From positions 1 to 61,492 of the forward strand of contig JALWHT010000054.1 in NCBI GenBank assembly GCA_026983515.1: a DNA stretch of 61,492 nt. Direction: 5' to 3'. Positions 31,100 to 41,294 of the stretch are shown in pieces. This DNA comes from Sulfurovum sp. (GTDB lineage Bacteria > Campylobacterota > Campylobacteria > Campylobacterales > Sulfurovaceae). Position numbers and translations under genes: made by a program. Below the pieces are notes generated by a model, which was not told where the DNA came from, did not search any database, and saw only the letters and a program-made list of their open reading frames with translations. The first letter of the stretch is position 1. Each line of letters opens with the position of its first letter.

Positions 31100-31477
31100 A
31101 TGATACAAGGTGTACCACAACCAGCCTTCTATATTTTCAAATGTCAGCAGTCAGCACCTCCAGGAATGCCGAAACCAAGCTGTGTCAGCCAGAATGACCC
31201 TGAGTCACAGGAACTCTTTCAACATCTTGCACAGCAGTTGATGATGAAAGGGGTTATCGGTACAGTACAGCCGGTACAGACAGGATGTCTGAACCGCTGT
31301 CAGCAGGGACCGGTAATGCTCGTAGAGCCCGGGCATACCATGTATGTCGGCTTGACAAAAGAGAAGATTGATCGCATTATCGATGAGCATCTCATCGGCG
31401 GGAAAGTCGTTGAAGAGTATGTGATTCCTGAAGAGATGTGGGCAGACCCTGTACCTCCGTCACAGATGGCACGCTAA
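31100..31477 (+). CDS. Thioredoxin-like [2Fe-2S] ferredoxin
   Basis: C-x12-C...TGCLNRCQQGP, IIDEHLIGG. Confidence 0.88.
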   Translation: MIQGVPQPAFYIFKCQQSAPPGMPKPSCVSQNDPESQELFQHLAQQLMMKGVIGTVQPVQTGCLNRCQQGPVMLVEPGHTMYVGLTKEKIDRIIDEHLIGGKVVEEYVIPEEMWADPVPPSQMAR

Positions 31478-31487
31478 GCGTATCCAA

Positions 31488-31520
31488 CGGCAGATATACG
31501 CTCTGCCGCTTCTCATTTCT
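31488..31520 (+). terminator. Putative terminator
   Basis: CGGCAGA/TCTGCCG stem followed by a pyrimidine tract. Confidence 0.5.
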
Positions 31521-31593
31521 TCACAATAATTACTGTATAATATAGAGCAAATACGGTATAATTCCGACAATTAATAAATCAGGTAGGATGATT

Positions 31594-31962
31594 ATGAACA
31601 TTACCATGCTTTATTCCAAGCTGCACAGAGCAACCGTAACCGATGCAAACCTCAACTATGTAGGTTCTATCACCATTGATCAGGATCTTCTCGATGCTGC
31701 AAAGATGCGGGTAGGGCAGAAAATTGACATTGTCAATATTAACAACGGTGAGCGTTTCTCTACCTATATTATTTCAGGAGAGCGCGGCAAGGGCGATATC
31801 TGTCTTAATGGTGCAGCGGCAAGGAAAGTGCACAAGGGTGATAAGATCATCATTATTGCCTATGCGAGCATGAGTGAAGCCGAAGCGGAAAGCTATAAGC
31901 CTAAAATTATTATTCTCAATGACGACAATACGATCGCGCAGGCGTTCGAGGGGCTGGAGTGA
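31594..31962 (+). CDS. panD: Aspartate 1-decarboxylase
   Basis: [24 protein letters not shown]. Confidence 0.97.
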   Translation: MNITMLYSKLHRATVTDANLNYVGSITIDQDLLDAAKMRVGQKIDIVNINNGERFSTYIISGERGKGDICLNGAAARKVHKGDKIIIIAYASMSEAEAESYKPKIIILNDDNTIAQAFEGLE

Positions 31963-32276
31963 TGTTCGGCAACGGTTTTGATATGGGAAAGATGACTGAG
32001 ATGATGTCTCAGATGCAGGAAAAAGCCAAGGAGCTGCAGGAGCAGGCGAAAAATGTAGAGCTTACGGCAAAAGCCGGCGGCGGTATGGTTGAAGTCCGCG
32101 CTAACGGTGCGGGTGAGATTGTCGATATCAATATTGATGATTCGCTGCTTGATGACAAAGAGTCGCTGCAGATATTGCTGATTTCAGCAATGAACGATGT
32201 AAACAAGATGGTGGAAGATAACAGAAAATCCCAGGCAATGGGAATGCTTGGCGGTATGAATCCGTTTGGTGGATAG
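31962..32276 (+). CDS. YbaB/EbfC nucleoid-associated protein
   Basis: [16 protein letters not shown]. Confidence 0.92.
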   Translation: MFGNGFDMGKMTEMMSQMQEKAKELQEQAKNVELTAKAGGGMVEVRANGAGEIVDINIDDSLLDDKESLQILLISAMNDVNKMVEDNRKSQAMGMLGGMNPFGG

Positions 32277-32402
32277 TTAACGGCGTGTATCGACAAGATA
32301 GTCGAACTCTTTTGTTTTTTTCAGACGCAGGATCTTTCTTGTGCTGATGCTTCTGCTGCCTTCGGACTTTGTCGTTCGTGTAATGACATGTTTGAGTTTC
32401 AT
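32277..32402 (-). CDS. Small basic protein (41 aa), below the ORF-track cutoff
   Basis: MKLKHVITRTTKSEGSRSISTRKILRLKKTKEFDYLVDTRR; AAGGAG RBS 5 nt upstream. Confidence 0.55.
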   Translation of the reverse strand: MKLKHVITRTTKSEGSRSISTRKILRLKKTKEFDYLVDTRR

Positions 32403-32498
32403 CTTTTCTCCTTTTTTAATTTTAATGTTCCGCTATATTGGAATAGTGCCATCATAGCAATGATTGGCAACACAATGGTAACAGACCAAGGAGTAACC

Positions 32499-33026
32499 AT
32501 GAACAAAGTAACAGAAGTGATAGAAAACGACTCGATTGCCGGGTTGAAGGCGCTCATGAAAGAGGGCGTAGACCTCAACAAGCCTATTCTTATAGGTGAA
32601 GAGTATGATCTGGAAGAGTATGACGATATCAGTCCTCTTTTCTATGCAATACGCAAATATGCATCACTCGAGTTCATCAAGACGATGCTTGAAAATGGTG
32701 TTGATCTGTTTCAAACTGACAGTGATGGTGTTTCGGCACTGGATATGGCCATTAAATTTAAACGAAAAGATGTCATAGACTATTGTATAGAACAGGGTTT
32801 TGATCTCAATTCGACAACACGTAAAAGTGGTATTACCCCGGTTATGCTTGCTGCATGTTTTTCTGATACGAACATGATGCAGACACTGCTTGATGCGGGC
32901 GGAGAGATTAATGCGGTAGACAACAACGGTATGAGTCCTTTGGATTACTCCCGTAAACTGGGACAGAAGAAGATGCAGTCCTACCTTGAAGAGCGGGGGG
33001 CAAAGCATTCGGCATATCGGGATTAG
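32499..33026 (+). CDS. Ankyrin repeat protein
   Basis: SPLFYA, GVSALDMA, GITPVMLAA, GMSPLDY. Confidence 0.9.
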   Translation: MNKVTEVIENDSIAGLKALMKEGVDLNKPILIGEEYDLEEYDDISPLFYAIRKYASLEFIKTMLENGVDLFQTDSDGVSALDMAIKFKRKDVIDYCIEQGFDLNSTTRKSGITPVMLAACFSDTNMMQTLLDAGGEINAVDNNGMSPLDYSRKLGQKKMQSYLEERGAKHSAYRD

Positions 33027-33194
33027 GAGCGTTACTGATTACTTCACTTTTTTTTGGAACCGAAAATTCATTTTTGGTTCCTATAGTGAGGATATACCTA
33101 AAGGTATACACTTCGTTATTACTCCTCCCCAACGAATAAGCTTTACTTCAATCAATCTATGTAAAATTTCCTCATCTCTCACTTTTTACTGCTT

Positions 33195-33227
33195 TGTAAT
33201 AAATTTGTTACTCTTTTTTTTTATACT
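33195..33227 (+). promoter_or_regulatory. Pho-box promoter of the porin gene
   Basis: TGTAAT-N5-TGTTAC, then 10 nt, then TATACT. Confidence 0.7.
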
Positions 33228-33262
33228 TCCACCAACCAAAACAAAACAAGGAAGTAAAGATT

Positions 33263-34444
33263 ATGAAAAAAATTATCTTGTCAATGGCAGCGGTATCGGC
33301 AGCAGCAACACTCTCTATGGGGGATGCATATATCGAACACCCGCATGAGCGAATAGACGAGCAGAAGCAGAAGATTGCAGAAACGGAAGGTCATGTACCG
33401 GTAGCAGAAAAGAGTATGATGGAGAGAATACACTTTAAGGGTGACTTGCGATTGAGATATGAGAGTATCGAGAGGGATGACGAAGACAACACGTACAGAA
33501 ATCGTTACCGCTTGAGACTTGGACTGACGCTTGATCTTACAGACAAACTCCATTTTAACGTAGGTATGCGCTCAGGTTTTGGAAATCCGACTTCCGGAAA
33601 CCAGACATTCCTTGATGATCAGCCGTTGAGTGACTATTTTTTTCAGTCATTGAGATTTAATGTACTTGGATTTACATACAAAGATGGCAACTCTATCTTG
33701 AAAATAGGTAGAGAGCCCTATATGATGTACAGACCGATTAAGTCACAGCTTATATGGGATAACGATGTCTCTATGAACGGGGTGAACTATCAGTACAAGG
33801 ATGACTCCAAAATCATTACACTGGGGATAAACCAGCCTACGCTGGAAGAGAATGCTTTGGATGAAGCTGATACGGTTAATCTTTTCATTGCACAGTATGT
33901 ACAGAAGTTGGCGCTTGAAAGTGCAAAACTCAATCTGGGTGCCGGTTTTTACTACTATGATGGATTGAAAGGGAATGTGCCTCTTTTTGGAAAAAGTAAA
34001 GGAAACACGCTTGATGCTGATGGATTATATGCGAACAACTATCATCTTGTTGAGGGGTTTGCGGAGTTGCAGTTTGGTGATGTTTTTGGAATGCCGCTAA
34101 AAGCTGCTGCAAGTGTTGTTTATAACTTTGGGGCAGATGACAACAACTTTGGATATGACCTGGCGATCAAGCTGGGTAAAGCCAAAAAAGTTGGCGACTG
34201 GCAGGTAAAATACTCCTATACTGAGCTTCAGGAGGATGCAACATTCGCTGCCTATTCTGATTCGGATAATTTTGGTGGTGGTACCGGGGCAAAAGGGCAT
34301 GCGATTAGAGCAAAGTACAAGGCGGGTAAGAATCTCTACTTTGCAGGAAGCTTCTTCTTTGATACGCTGTATGCAAGCAAAAGTAAAACAGGAGATGAAG
34401 CAGATTATGAGCGTGTTCAGCTGGATATGATCTATAAATTTTAA
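33263..34444 (+). CDS. Putative outer-membrane porin, likely phosphate-regulated
   Basis: Signal peptide, FKGDLRLRYE, RYRLRLG, DSDNFGGGT, C-terminal YKF. Confidence 0.85.
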   Translation: MKKIILSMAAVSAAATLSMGDAYIEHPHERIDEQKQKIAETEGHVPVAEKSMMERIHFKGDLRLRYESIERDDEDNTYRNRYRLRLGLTLDLTDKLHFNVGMRSGFGNPTSGNQTFLDDQPLSDYFFQSLRFNVLGFTYKDGNSILKIGREPYMMYRPIKSQLIWDNDVSMNGVNYQYKDDSKIITLGINQPTLEENALDEADTVNLFIAQYVQKLALESAKLNLGAGFYYYDGLKGNVPLFGKSKGNTLDADGLYANNYHLVEGFAELQFGDVFGMPLKAAASVVYNFGADDNNFGYDLAIKLGKAKKVGDWQVKYSYTELQEDATFAAYSDSDNFGGGTGAKGHAIRAKYKAGKNLYFAGSFFFDTLYASKSKTGDEADYERVQLDMIYKF

Positions 34445-34596
34445 ATCCGGTTTTCGGATCTTGTTTTCTTCCTGTGCTGATTTTTATCAGCACATCTTCA
34501 AAAGCCACACTAAAATGTAATTTCTGTATCATTAGCAGTATAAAAATATGATATTTGTACCCGTGATGTGCTGAGCTCATGGACAAAGGAGAGGTA

Positions 34597-36135
34597 ATGA
34601 AGAACGGTTTGAAAGTGGGGCTTGGGGCACTTTTTGCCCTGGTGGTGGCATGGTATGCACAAGGGCTTGGCGGTGGTGTTGCCAACAGTGGATTTTTGAT
34701 TATGGCAGCCGTTTTCGGTGCCTATATGGCAATGAACATCGGTGCGAACGATGTTGCCAACAACGTCGGCCCTGCAGTGGGCTCAGGTGCGTTGACGATT
34801 GGCGGTGCGATTCTGGTCGCCTCCATCTTCGAAGCTTCCGGAGCGCTCATTGCAGGAGGTGATGTGGTCGGTACCATTAAGAAAGGCATTGTTGACCCCG
34901 CAGCCTTTGGTGGTGACCCGATGCTCTTTGTCTACGCGATGTCGGCTGCACTGCTGGCAGCCGCACTCTGGCTTAATCTCGCTACCTGGCTTAAAGCACC
35001 GGTTTCCACTACACACTCCATTGTCGGCGGGGTGCTTGGCGGCGGTATTGCCGCTGGCGGTTTTGCCATTGTCTCCTGGGGTACAATGGGTAAGATCGTC
35101 GCTTCATGGGTTATTTCACCGGTACTTGGTGGAGTGATTGCTGCACTCTTTCTTTACGTTATCAAATCCCAGATACTCTACAAAGAGGATCGTCTGAGTG
35201 CGGCACGAAAGGTTGTTCCGGTATTGCTGGCTATTATGGCGGCTGCTTTTTTGACCTACCTCACTATTAAAGGGCTCAAGCATGTCTGGAAAGATTTGAT
35301 CCAAGTGCTTGCTTTCCTGCCCCAGACGAAAAAGCCTACCTTTGGCATTGCACTTGTCATTGGAGTGATCGGTGGTGTGATAACCTACCTTTGGAGCAAA
35401 CCGCGTGTAGCAGGACGGATAGGTGGTATGGAAGGCAGCAGAGCCGATATCAACCTGCTCTTTACAATACCGCTTGTTTTTGCCGCGGCACTGCTCAGTT
35501 TCGCACATGGTGCCAATGACGTGGCCAACGCCGTCGGCCCGCTTGCTGCTGTCAATGATGCCCTGCTGCATATGGCTGTTTCTCAAAAAGCAGCGATTCC
35601 GCTTTGGGTTATGGCTGTTGGGGGTATCGGTATCTCAGTGGGGCTTGCCCTTTACGGCCCGCGTCTCATCCGGACGGTCGGTTCGGAGATTACCGAGCTT
35701 GACCAGATGCGTGCGTTTTCCATTATGATGGCGGCAGCCATTACCGTGGTCATTGCGTCACAGCTTGGGCTTCCAGTCTCCTCGACACATATTGCTGTTG
35801 GGGCAGTTTTCGGGGTCGGCTTTTTAAGAGAGTGGCTTGACAGCAAGAAAACCAGTGAAAAGCAGCAGAAACTGCAGGCGGAGCAGGAAAAACAGCGCAA
35901 ACTCAAAGCGGAACTTGATGCCTGTACCAATGAAGATCCGGCGAAGAAACTGGCACTTGTCGAAGCGCATAAAGCACAAAAAAAAGAGGTCAAGCGTCTT
36001 AAAAAAATGTTGAAAGAGGAGTATGTCAAGCGGGATATGGTGAAGAAGATCGTTGCAGCATGGATCATCACTGTACCTGCAGCTGCTATACTTGCTGCGC
36101 TCATCTTCTATGTGCTCAAAGGACTTGGACTGTAA
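34597..36135 (+). CDS. PiT-family inorganic phosphate transporter
   Basis: Two GANDVAN motifs, PVSTTH and PVSSTH. Confidence 0.95.
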   Translation: MKNGLKVGLGALFALVVAWYAQGLGGGVANSGFLIMAAVFGAYMAMNIGANDVANNVGPAVGSGALTIGGAILVASIFEASGALIAGGDVVGTIKKGIVDPAAFGGDPMLFVYAMSAALLAAALWLNLATWLKAPVSTTHSIVGGVLGGGIAAGGFAIVSWGTMGKIVASWVISPVLGGVIAALFLYVIKSQILYKEDRLSAARKVVPVLLAIMAAAFLTYLTIKGLKHVWKDLIQVLAFLPQTKKPTFGIALVIGVIGGVITYLWSKPRVAGRIGGMEGSRADINLLFTIPLVFAAALLSFAHGANDVANAVGPLAAVNDALLHMAVSQKAAIPLWVMAVGGIGISVGLALYGPRLIRTVGSEITELDQMRAFSIMMAAAITVVIASQLGLPVSSTHIAVGAVFGVGFLREWLDSKKTSEKQQKLQAEQEKQRKLKAELDACTNEDPAKKLALVEAHKAQKKEVKRLKKMLKEEYVKRDMVKKIVAAWIITVPAAAILAALIFYVLKGLGL

Positions 36136-36163
36136 TGAAAATGTAACCGCTTTGCGTTAGTAT
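36131..36163 (+). promoter_or_regulatory. Pho-box promoter of the first response regulator (likely leaderless)
   Basis: TGTAAT-N5-TGTAAC, 10 nt, TAGTAT, 6 nt, ATG. Confidence 0.6.
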
Positions 36164-36169
36164 GGTGGT

Positions 36170-36853
36170 ATGGACAGAACAGAAATAGAAATTGTCGTTA
36201 TTGAAGACGAATCGGATATTTTAGAACTGGTGGAGTACCACCTGCAAAAGGCGGGTTATCACGTAACGGGTTTTCTCTCCACCGAGTATGTGGAGCAGTT
36301 CCTTGAAGAGGAAAATCCTGCACTGATGATTGTTGACCGTAACCTTCCCGGGGTAGAGGGGAGTGAGTTTGTCTCGCGAATGCGCTCCCTTGGGTACAAC
36401 ACCCCTGTCATCTTTCTGACCGCACGTGACCGGGAACAGGATCTTGAAGAGGGGTTTTTGTGCGGGGGAGATGATTACATGACCAAACCTTTCAGTCACA
36501 AGGAACTGTTGTTACGCATTGAGGCTTTGTTACGAAGAAGCGGTGTACTGACTGTCGATAAAGTGCGTTACCGTGATATTACGCTTGATCTCAAGCGCCA
36601 TGAACTGTATGTAGAAAATCGGCAAATAGCCCTTACCAATCTTGAGTTCAAACTTTTTCACACTTTTGTCAAAAATGCAGGACAGCCACTGGACAGAGAC
36701 TATTTACGTGAAGAAGTATGGGGCGAAGAGAGTACCGTATTTCACGACAAGACCATCAATGTTGCAATGAACCGGCTGAAAAAGAAGCTCGATCCTGAAG
36801 GCAGCAAGCACTATATTGAACCGGTATGGGGTATAGGTTATAAGCTGACGTAG
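36170..36853 (+). CDS. OmpR/PhoB-family response regulator
   Basis: IEDE, VDRNLP, FLTA, YMTKPF, VWGIGY. Confidence 0.93.
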   Translation: MDRTEIEIVVIEDESDILELVEYHLQKAGYHVTGFLSTEYVEQFLEEENPALMIVDRNLPGVEGSEFVSRMRSLGYNTPVIFLTARDREQDLEEGFLCGGDDYMTKPFSHKELLLRIEALLRRSGVLTVDKVRYRDITLDLKRHELYVENRQIALTNLEFKLFHTFVKNAGQPLDRDYLREEVWGEESTVFHDKTINVAMNRLKKKLDPEGSKHYIEPVWGIGYKLT

Positions 36854-36861
36854 TGTACTGA

Positions 36862-36894
36862 TGTAATCAAATTGTTATCACTTTGATGTAGACT
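36862..36894 (+). promoter_or_regulatory. Pho-box promoter of pstS
   Basis: TGTAAT-N5-TGTTAT, 10 nt, TAGACT. Confidence 0.7.
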
Positions 36895-36927
36895 TCCTAT
36901 TGTAAATCATTTCTAAAAGGAAACACC

Positions 36928-37929
36928 ATGACAATGAAAAAAATCGTAACCGCAGCAGTAGCGGCTTCTCTGGCGCTGACAGTTGCCAATGCAGACGAGA
37001 TCAAGGGACGAGGCGCCTCTTTCCCCGGGCCTGTCTATAAAGCATGGACATCGGAATATTTCAATGCAACAGGAAACAAAGTCAACTATACGCCGACAGG
37101 TTCCGGAGACGGTATCAAGTCTGTCAGCAAAAGAATGGTAGATTTTGGCGGTTCAGACAAGCCTCTGAAGCCTAAAACACTCAAAAAGAAAAAACTCTAT
37201 ATGTTCCCTTCCGTTGTCGGTTCCATTGTACTGGCATATAACATTGATGGTGTTAAAGACGGTGAACTGAAACTGTCACGCGCTGCAGTCGATGCCATTT
37301 TCAGCGGCAAGGCGAAATTCTGGGATGATGCAGTCATTACCAAAGACAATGCAGCGTTAAAGTTGCCTCATGCCCCTATTACAACCTGTGTACGTGCAGA
37401 CAAATCAGGGACAACATTCAACTTTACCTATTTCCTCAACAAAATCGATCCTGCATTCAAAGTGAGCAAGAAGCCGAAGTGGAAAGCGGCAAAAGTAGTT
37501 GCGGGTAAATCCAATTCCGGTGTTTCTGCAAACATTCAGCAGATCAAAAACTCTATAGGGTACATTGAATACTCTTATAAAATCAAGCTTGGTCTGCCTG
37601 CTGCACAGGTAGAAAACAAAGAAGGCAAGTTCATCAACCCGACTGTCAAGTCTTTCCAGGATGCTGCAAAGTATGCAACATGGACACCCGAAAACGATTT
37701 CTATGCCGTCATCGGTGATCCGGCTGGTGCAACATCATATCCTATTGTTGCGGCAACATTCATTCTTCTGCCGGTAGAAAAGACAGAGAAGAACAAAGAA
37801 GTAACGGCTTTCTTTGACTGGGCATACAAAAACGGCGACAAAGCTGCGGCAGATCTTGGCTACGTACCGCTTCCTGCATCGACCAAAGACGAGATCAGAA
37901 AATACTGGGCGGCAAAAGGGATCAAGTAA
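36928..37929 (+). CDS. pstS: Phosphate ABC transporter substrate-binding protein
   Basis: GASFP, GSGDG, DFGGSD, RADKSGTT. Confidence 0.96.
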   Translation: MTMKKIVTAAVAASLALTVANADEIKGRGASFPGPVYKAWTSEYFNATGNKVNYTPTGSGDGIKSVSKRMVDFGGSDKPLKPKTLKKKKLYMFPSVVGSIVLAYNIDGVKDGELKLSRAAVDAIFSGKAKFWDDAVITKDNAALKLPHAPITTCVRADKSGTTFNFTYFLNKIDPAFKVSKKPKWKAAKVVAGKSNSGVSANIQQIKNSIGYIEYSYKIKLGLPAAQVENKEGKFINPTVKSFQDAAKYATWTPENDFYAVIGDPAGATSYPIVAATFILLPVEKTEKNKEVTAFFDWAYKNGDKAAADLGYVPLPASTKDEIRKYWAAKGIK

Positions 37930-38000
37930 GCTGTTTCGCACAGCTCTGGGGCAAGAGCCCCGCCTCTTCATCTGCCTTCTACCCCCTTTTTGTTATTATT

Positions 38001-38033
38001 TGTAATAGGTTTGTAATAGGTTTTTTGTACAAT
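38001..38033 (+). promoter_or_regulatory. Pho-box promoter of pstC
   Basis: TGTAAT-N5-TGTAAT, 10 nt, TACAAT. Confidence 0.7.
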
Positions 38034-38062
38034 TCCGGAACGAATAGACAGAAAGGTACTGT

Positions 38063-38920
38063 ATGGGTGGAAAACTTTTTCGCAATTTCTCTTTTTTCTC
38101 TGCAACACTCTCCTTCTTCCTGCTTCTTGGAATCTTTGCCGTGCTGTTTCACTATGCACAGGATGCCATACACACGTTCGGTATCGATTTTCTCTGGACA
38201 GATACCTGGGAAGCGGACGAAGACGACGAAGGTGGTGTATTTGGCGGGCTTATTCCGATTGTCGGGACACTGCTCAGTACGCTGATCGCAATGGTTATTG
38301 CCACACCGATGGCAATGGGGATCGCTATTTTTCTGACTGAAATTGCTTCGGAAAAAGTAGCCAAACCGGTTTCTATTGCCATTGAACTGCTTGCTGCTAT
38401 ACCAAGCATTATTTACGGTATGTGGGGGCTTTTTTACTTTGCCCCGATTGTACAGAAGACTGTGGGAGGTGACGGTGTGGGATTGTTGACAGCAGGTATT
38501 GTACTGGCGATCATGATCATTCCTTTTATGGCATCGATCACACGTGACTCCATGAATACGACTCCGGCAGTACTTAAAGAATCTGCCTATGCAATGGGGG
38601 CGACGAAATTTGAAGTGATCAAAGATGTCATCATGCCCTATGCCAAAGGGGGAATCATCGGATCGATTATTCTGGCACTCGGACGTGCACTGGGTGAAAC
38701 CATGGCCGTTGCTTTTCTCATTGGCTCGGTTATGCAGCTTCCAAAACGAATTACCGATCCTACCACGTCCATTCCTGTACTCTTGGCAAATAACTTTGCC
38801 GAGGCGGAAGGGCTGGAACTTAGCAGTATGTACTATCTGGCACTGATTCTCTTTGTGGTCAGCTTCATCATTATCTCAACAGCGAAGTTTTACTTCTTCG
38901 GCAGAAAGGCAAAAGCATGA
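38063..38920 (+). CDS. pstC: Phosphate ABC transporter permease PstC
   Basis: ELLAAIPSIIYG, GRALGETMA. Confidence 0.96.
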   Translation: MGGKLFRNFSFFSATLSFFLLLGIFAVLFHYAQDAIHTFGIDFLWTDTWEADEDDEGGVFGGLIPIVGTLLSTLIAMVIATPMAMGIAIFLTEIASEKVAKPVSIAIELLAAIPSIIYGMWGLFYFAPIVQKTVGGDGVGLLTAGIVLAIMIIPFMASITRDSMNTTPAVLKESAYAMGATKFEVIKDVIMPYAKGGIIGSIILALGRALGETMAVAFLIGSVMQLPKRITDPTTSIPVLLANNFAEAEGLELSSMYYLALILFVVSFIIISTAKFYFFGRKAKA

Positions 38921-39726
38921 ACCGTCTGATGCTCAACAAAACTATTCTCATACTCTCTACCCTCGCAGCCGTCATAGGCGTGGGATTCCTTTTCTGGATC
39001 CTCATTACACTGAGCTACAAGGGGATCATGGCGATCCACTGGACGACATTTACCCATGACCTGGTCGAAGGCGGTATTCGAAACCTGTTAGTGGGGCAGT
39101 TTACTATGGCGATTCTTGCCAGTGTTATTGCAGTGCCTGTCGGGATGATGGCAGGTATCTATCTGCGTGAATACGGGCATGGCAGTAAACTGGCGGCTGT
39201 GATCCGAAATCTCAGCGATGTTATGATGTCGGCACCCTCCATTGTCATCGGTGTTTTTGTGTTTGCAATTTTAGTTGACCCCTTTGGAGGGTATAACGGA
39301 TTTGCAGGTATTGCTGCACTGGCAATTATGATGATCCCTATCATTATTTCCACAACAGACAATATGCTGGGACTCGTTCCCCAGGAGCTGCGCGAAGCGG
39401 GTATCGCCCTTGGCGGAAGCAAGCATAAGATTATTTTGCAGGTGGTCATCAAAGCGGCAAAAGTAGGGATTATGACCGGTATCCTGCTCTCGTTTGCGAG
39501 AATTATTGGTGAAACAGCACCGCTGCTTTTTACCTCGGCAAACAACCAGTTTTTTACCCTGAATCTGACAGAGCAGTTTCCCTCTCTGACAGTCAGTATC
39601 TATAACCTGGCAACCTACCCGGACGCACCAAGTAGAGACCTGGCATGGGCTGCATCGTTCATTTTGACTGTGATCGTATTGATCATCAACCTCTTTGGAC
39701 GCTTTGTCGTACGAAACAAAAAATAA
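38917..39726 (+). CDS. pstA: Phosphate ABC transporter permease PstA
   Basis: APSIVIG, ARIIGETAPL. Confidence 0.96.
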   Translation: MNRLMLNKTILILSTLAAVIGVGFLFWILITLSYKGIMAIHWTTFTHDLVEGGIRNLLVGQFTMAILASVIAVPVGMMAGIYLREYGHGSKLAAVIRNLSDVMMSAPSIVIGVFVFAILVDPFGGYNGFAGIAALAIMMIPIIISTTDNMLGLVPQELREAGIALGGSKHKIILQVVIKAAKVGIMTGILLSFARIIGETAPLLFTSANNQFFTLNLTEQFPSLTVSIYNLATYPDAPSRDLAWAASFILTVIVLIINLFGRFVVRNKK

Positions 39727-39736
39727 GGAAAGATAG

Positions 39737-40522
39737 ATGGAAAATGTAGTGATGGAAGTCAAGGACTTCTCGTTTGTCTACCCAGGCGCGGAGAAGCCTT
39801 CGCTTAAAAAGATCACCCTCCCGGTCGAAGAGAACAAGATCACGGCAATGATCGGCCCCAGCGGCTGTGGAAAGTCAACACTGTTGCGTTCGATGAACCG
39901 TATTCATGATCTCTATCCGGGTAATACGTATGAAGGGGAGATCAATCTTTACCATCGTGACGGTACGAAAGAGAACATTCTCAAGCTCAAAAAAGAGAAT
40001 GACTTTATCCGTCTGCGTCAGGAAGTAGGGATGATCTTCCAAAAGCCCACGCCTTTTCCGATGAGTATTTTTGACAATGTTGCCTATGGCCTGCGTCTTG
40101 CGGGGATTAAAAACAAGAGTGAACTACAGGACAGGGTTGAAGCAGCACTCAAAGGAGCAGCAATCTGGAAAGAGACCAAAGACCGTCTCGGTGAAAGCGC
40201 ACTTGGTATGTCCGGCGGGCAGCAGCAGCGTCTCTGTATTGCACGTGCTGTGGCACTCAAGCCTCGTGTACTGCTTTTCGATGAGCCTACTTCGGCACTT
40301 GACCCCATCTCGACCAGTGCCATTGAAGAGCTGATCAGCGAACTCAAATCGGAAGTTTCTGTGGTCATTGTTACCCACAATATGCAGCAGGCAAGCCGTT
40401 TGAGTGACTACACCGCATTCATGTATCTCGGAGAGCTGATCGAATATGACAAGACGGAGACCATTTTCCTCAATCCTTCGGAAAAATTGACAGAAGACTA
40501 TATTACCGGACGATTCGGATAA
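39737..40522 (+). CDS. pstB: Phosphate ABC transporter ATPase PstB
   Basis: [23 protein letters not shown]. Confidence 0.97.
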   Translation: MENVVMEVKDFSFVYPGAEKPSLKKITLPVEENKITAMIGPSGCGKSTLLRSMNRIHDLYPGNTYEGEINLYHRDGTKENILKLKKENDFIRLRQEVGMIFQKPTPFPMSIFDNVAYGLRLAGIKNKSELQDRVEAALKGAAIWKETKDRLGESALGMSGGQQQRLCIARAVALKPRVLLFDEPTSALDPISTSAIEELISELKSEVSVVIVTHNMQQASRLSDYTAFMYLGELIEYDKTETIFLNPSEKLTEDYITGRFG

Positions 40523-40544
40523 AACACATAAGGAAGGAAGAACG

Positions 40545-41210
40545 ATGCTGACAAAATATGAACAGGCACGACATGCCGTACGTGCTGAGGTACTGGAGAC
40601 GATTGAAGTTCTGGCGGATACGAATAAAGAGGGGTATGAAGCACTTGTGGCAGGAGATACAGTTCGGGTAGCAGAGGTGCGAAAGAATCTCAAATGTGTT
40701 ACAAGCTGTACGGAGAAGATCGACAACGATATTGTTCTTATCTTCGCGCGTTATACTCCTGAGGCAAGAGATCTGCGTGAAATGGTTTCCTATCTGAAGA
40801 TCACCTCCGCACTCAACCGAATTAGAACGAATATCAACAACTATCTCAAAAATATGCAGGGAATGATGGCGGAAGATGATGAGAACATTGTACAGTTCAT
40901 TAAAGACTCTCTGAGTATCAACCGCTGTACGATCAATGCTTTTGAAAAGACCATTGAGATGCTGAAAACGTTTGATGACAATGACAAGATCAAGCAGCTT
41001 GCCATCGAGATTGATGTGGAGTATGCCAAAACCGATGACATCTATGCGCTGCTTGAGAAGAGTGTGCTGCAGAAGATGGGTGAAGCGGACGGCAAGGCGG
41101 AAGAGTACTTCAACCTGCTCAAGTATATCCGAAAAAATCTCAAGATCATCGACCGCCTTGACAGTATTGCGCAGCGTGTAATTTTTGCACGTATGGGCGG
41201 CAAGCTTTAA
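40545..41210 (+). CDS. phoU: PhoU-family protein
   Basis: PEARDLR motif, helical; follows pstB. Confidence 0.85.
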   Translation: MLTKYEQARHAVRAEVLETIEVLADTNKEGYEALVAGDTVRVAEVRKNLKCVTSCTEKIDNDIVLIFARYTPEARDLREMVSYLKITSALNRIRTNINNYLKNMQGMMAEDDENIVQFIKDSLSINRCTINAFEKTIEMLKTFDDNDKIKQLAIEIDVEYAKTDDIYALLEKSVLQKMGEADGKAEEYFNLLKYIRKNLKIIDRLDSIAQRVIFARMGGKL

Positions 41211-41222
41211 ATAGGTACTTTT

Positions 41223-41250
41223 TCAGCTCCTATGCCCATAGGGCTGATTT
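41223..41250 (+). terminator. Putative terminator after phoU
   Basis: TCAGCTCCTATG/CATAGGGCTGA stem followed by TTT. Confidence 0.55.
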
Positions 41251-41294
41251 GCAACCTAAAACCGGGTATACTTTCGTAAAAACGGAGCTGCCCG

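Noticed and set aside
32277-32402. KLKHVI shared with the ORF at 2516-2704
   Set aside because: Six-residue match with no further similarity; probably chance
32425-32455. Possible sigma54 promoter (TGGCAC on the minus strand)
   Set aside because: No TTGC at the -12 position
34516-34545. Pho box upstream of pit
   Set aside because: Half-sites are 9 bp apart rather than 11, so not counted
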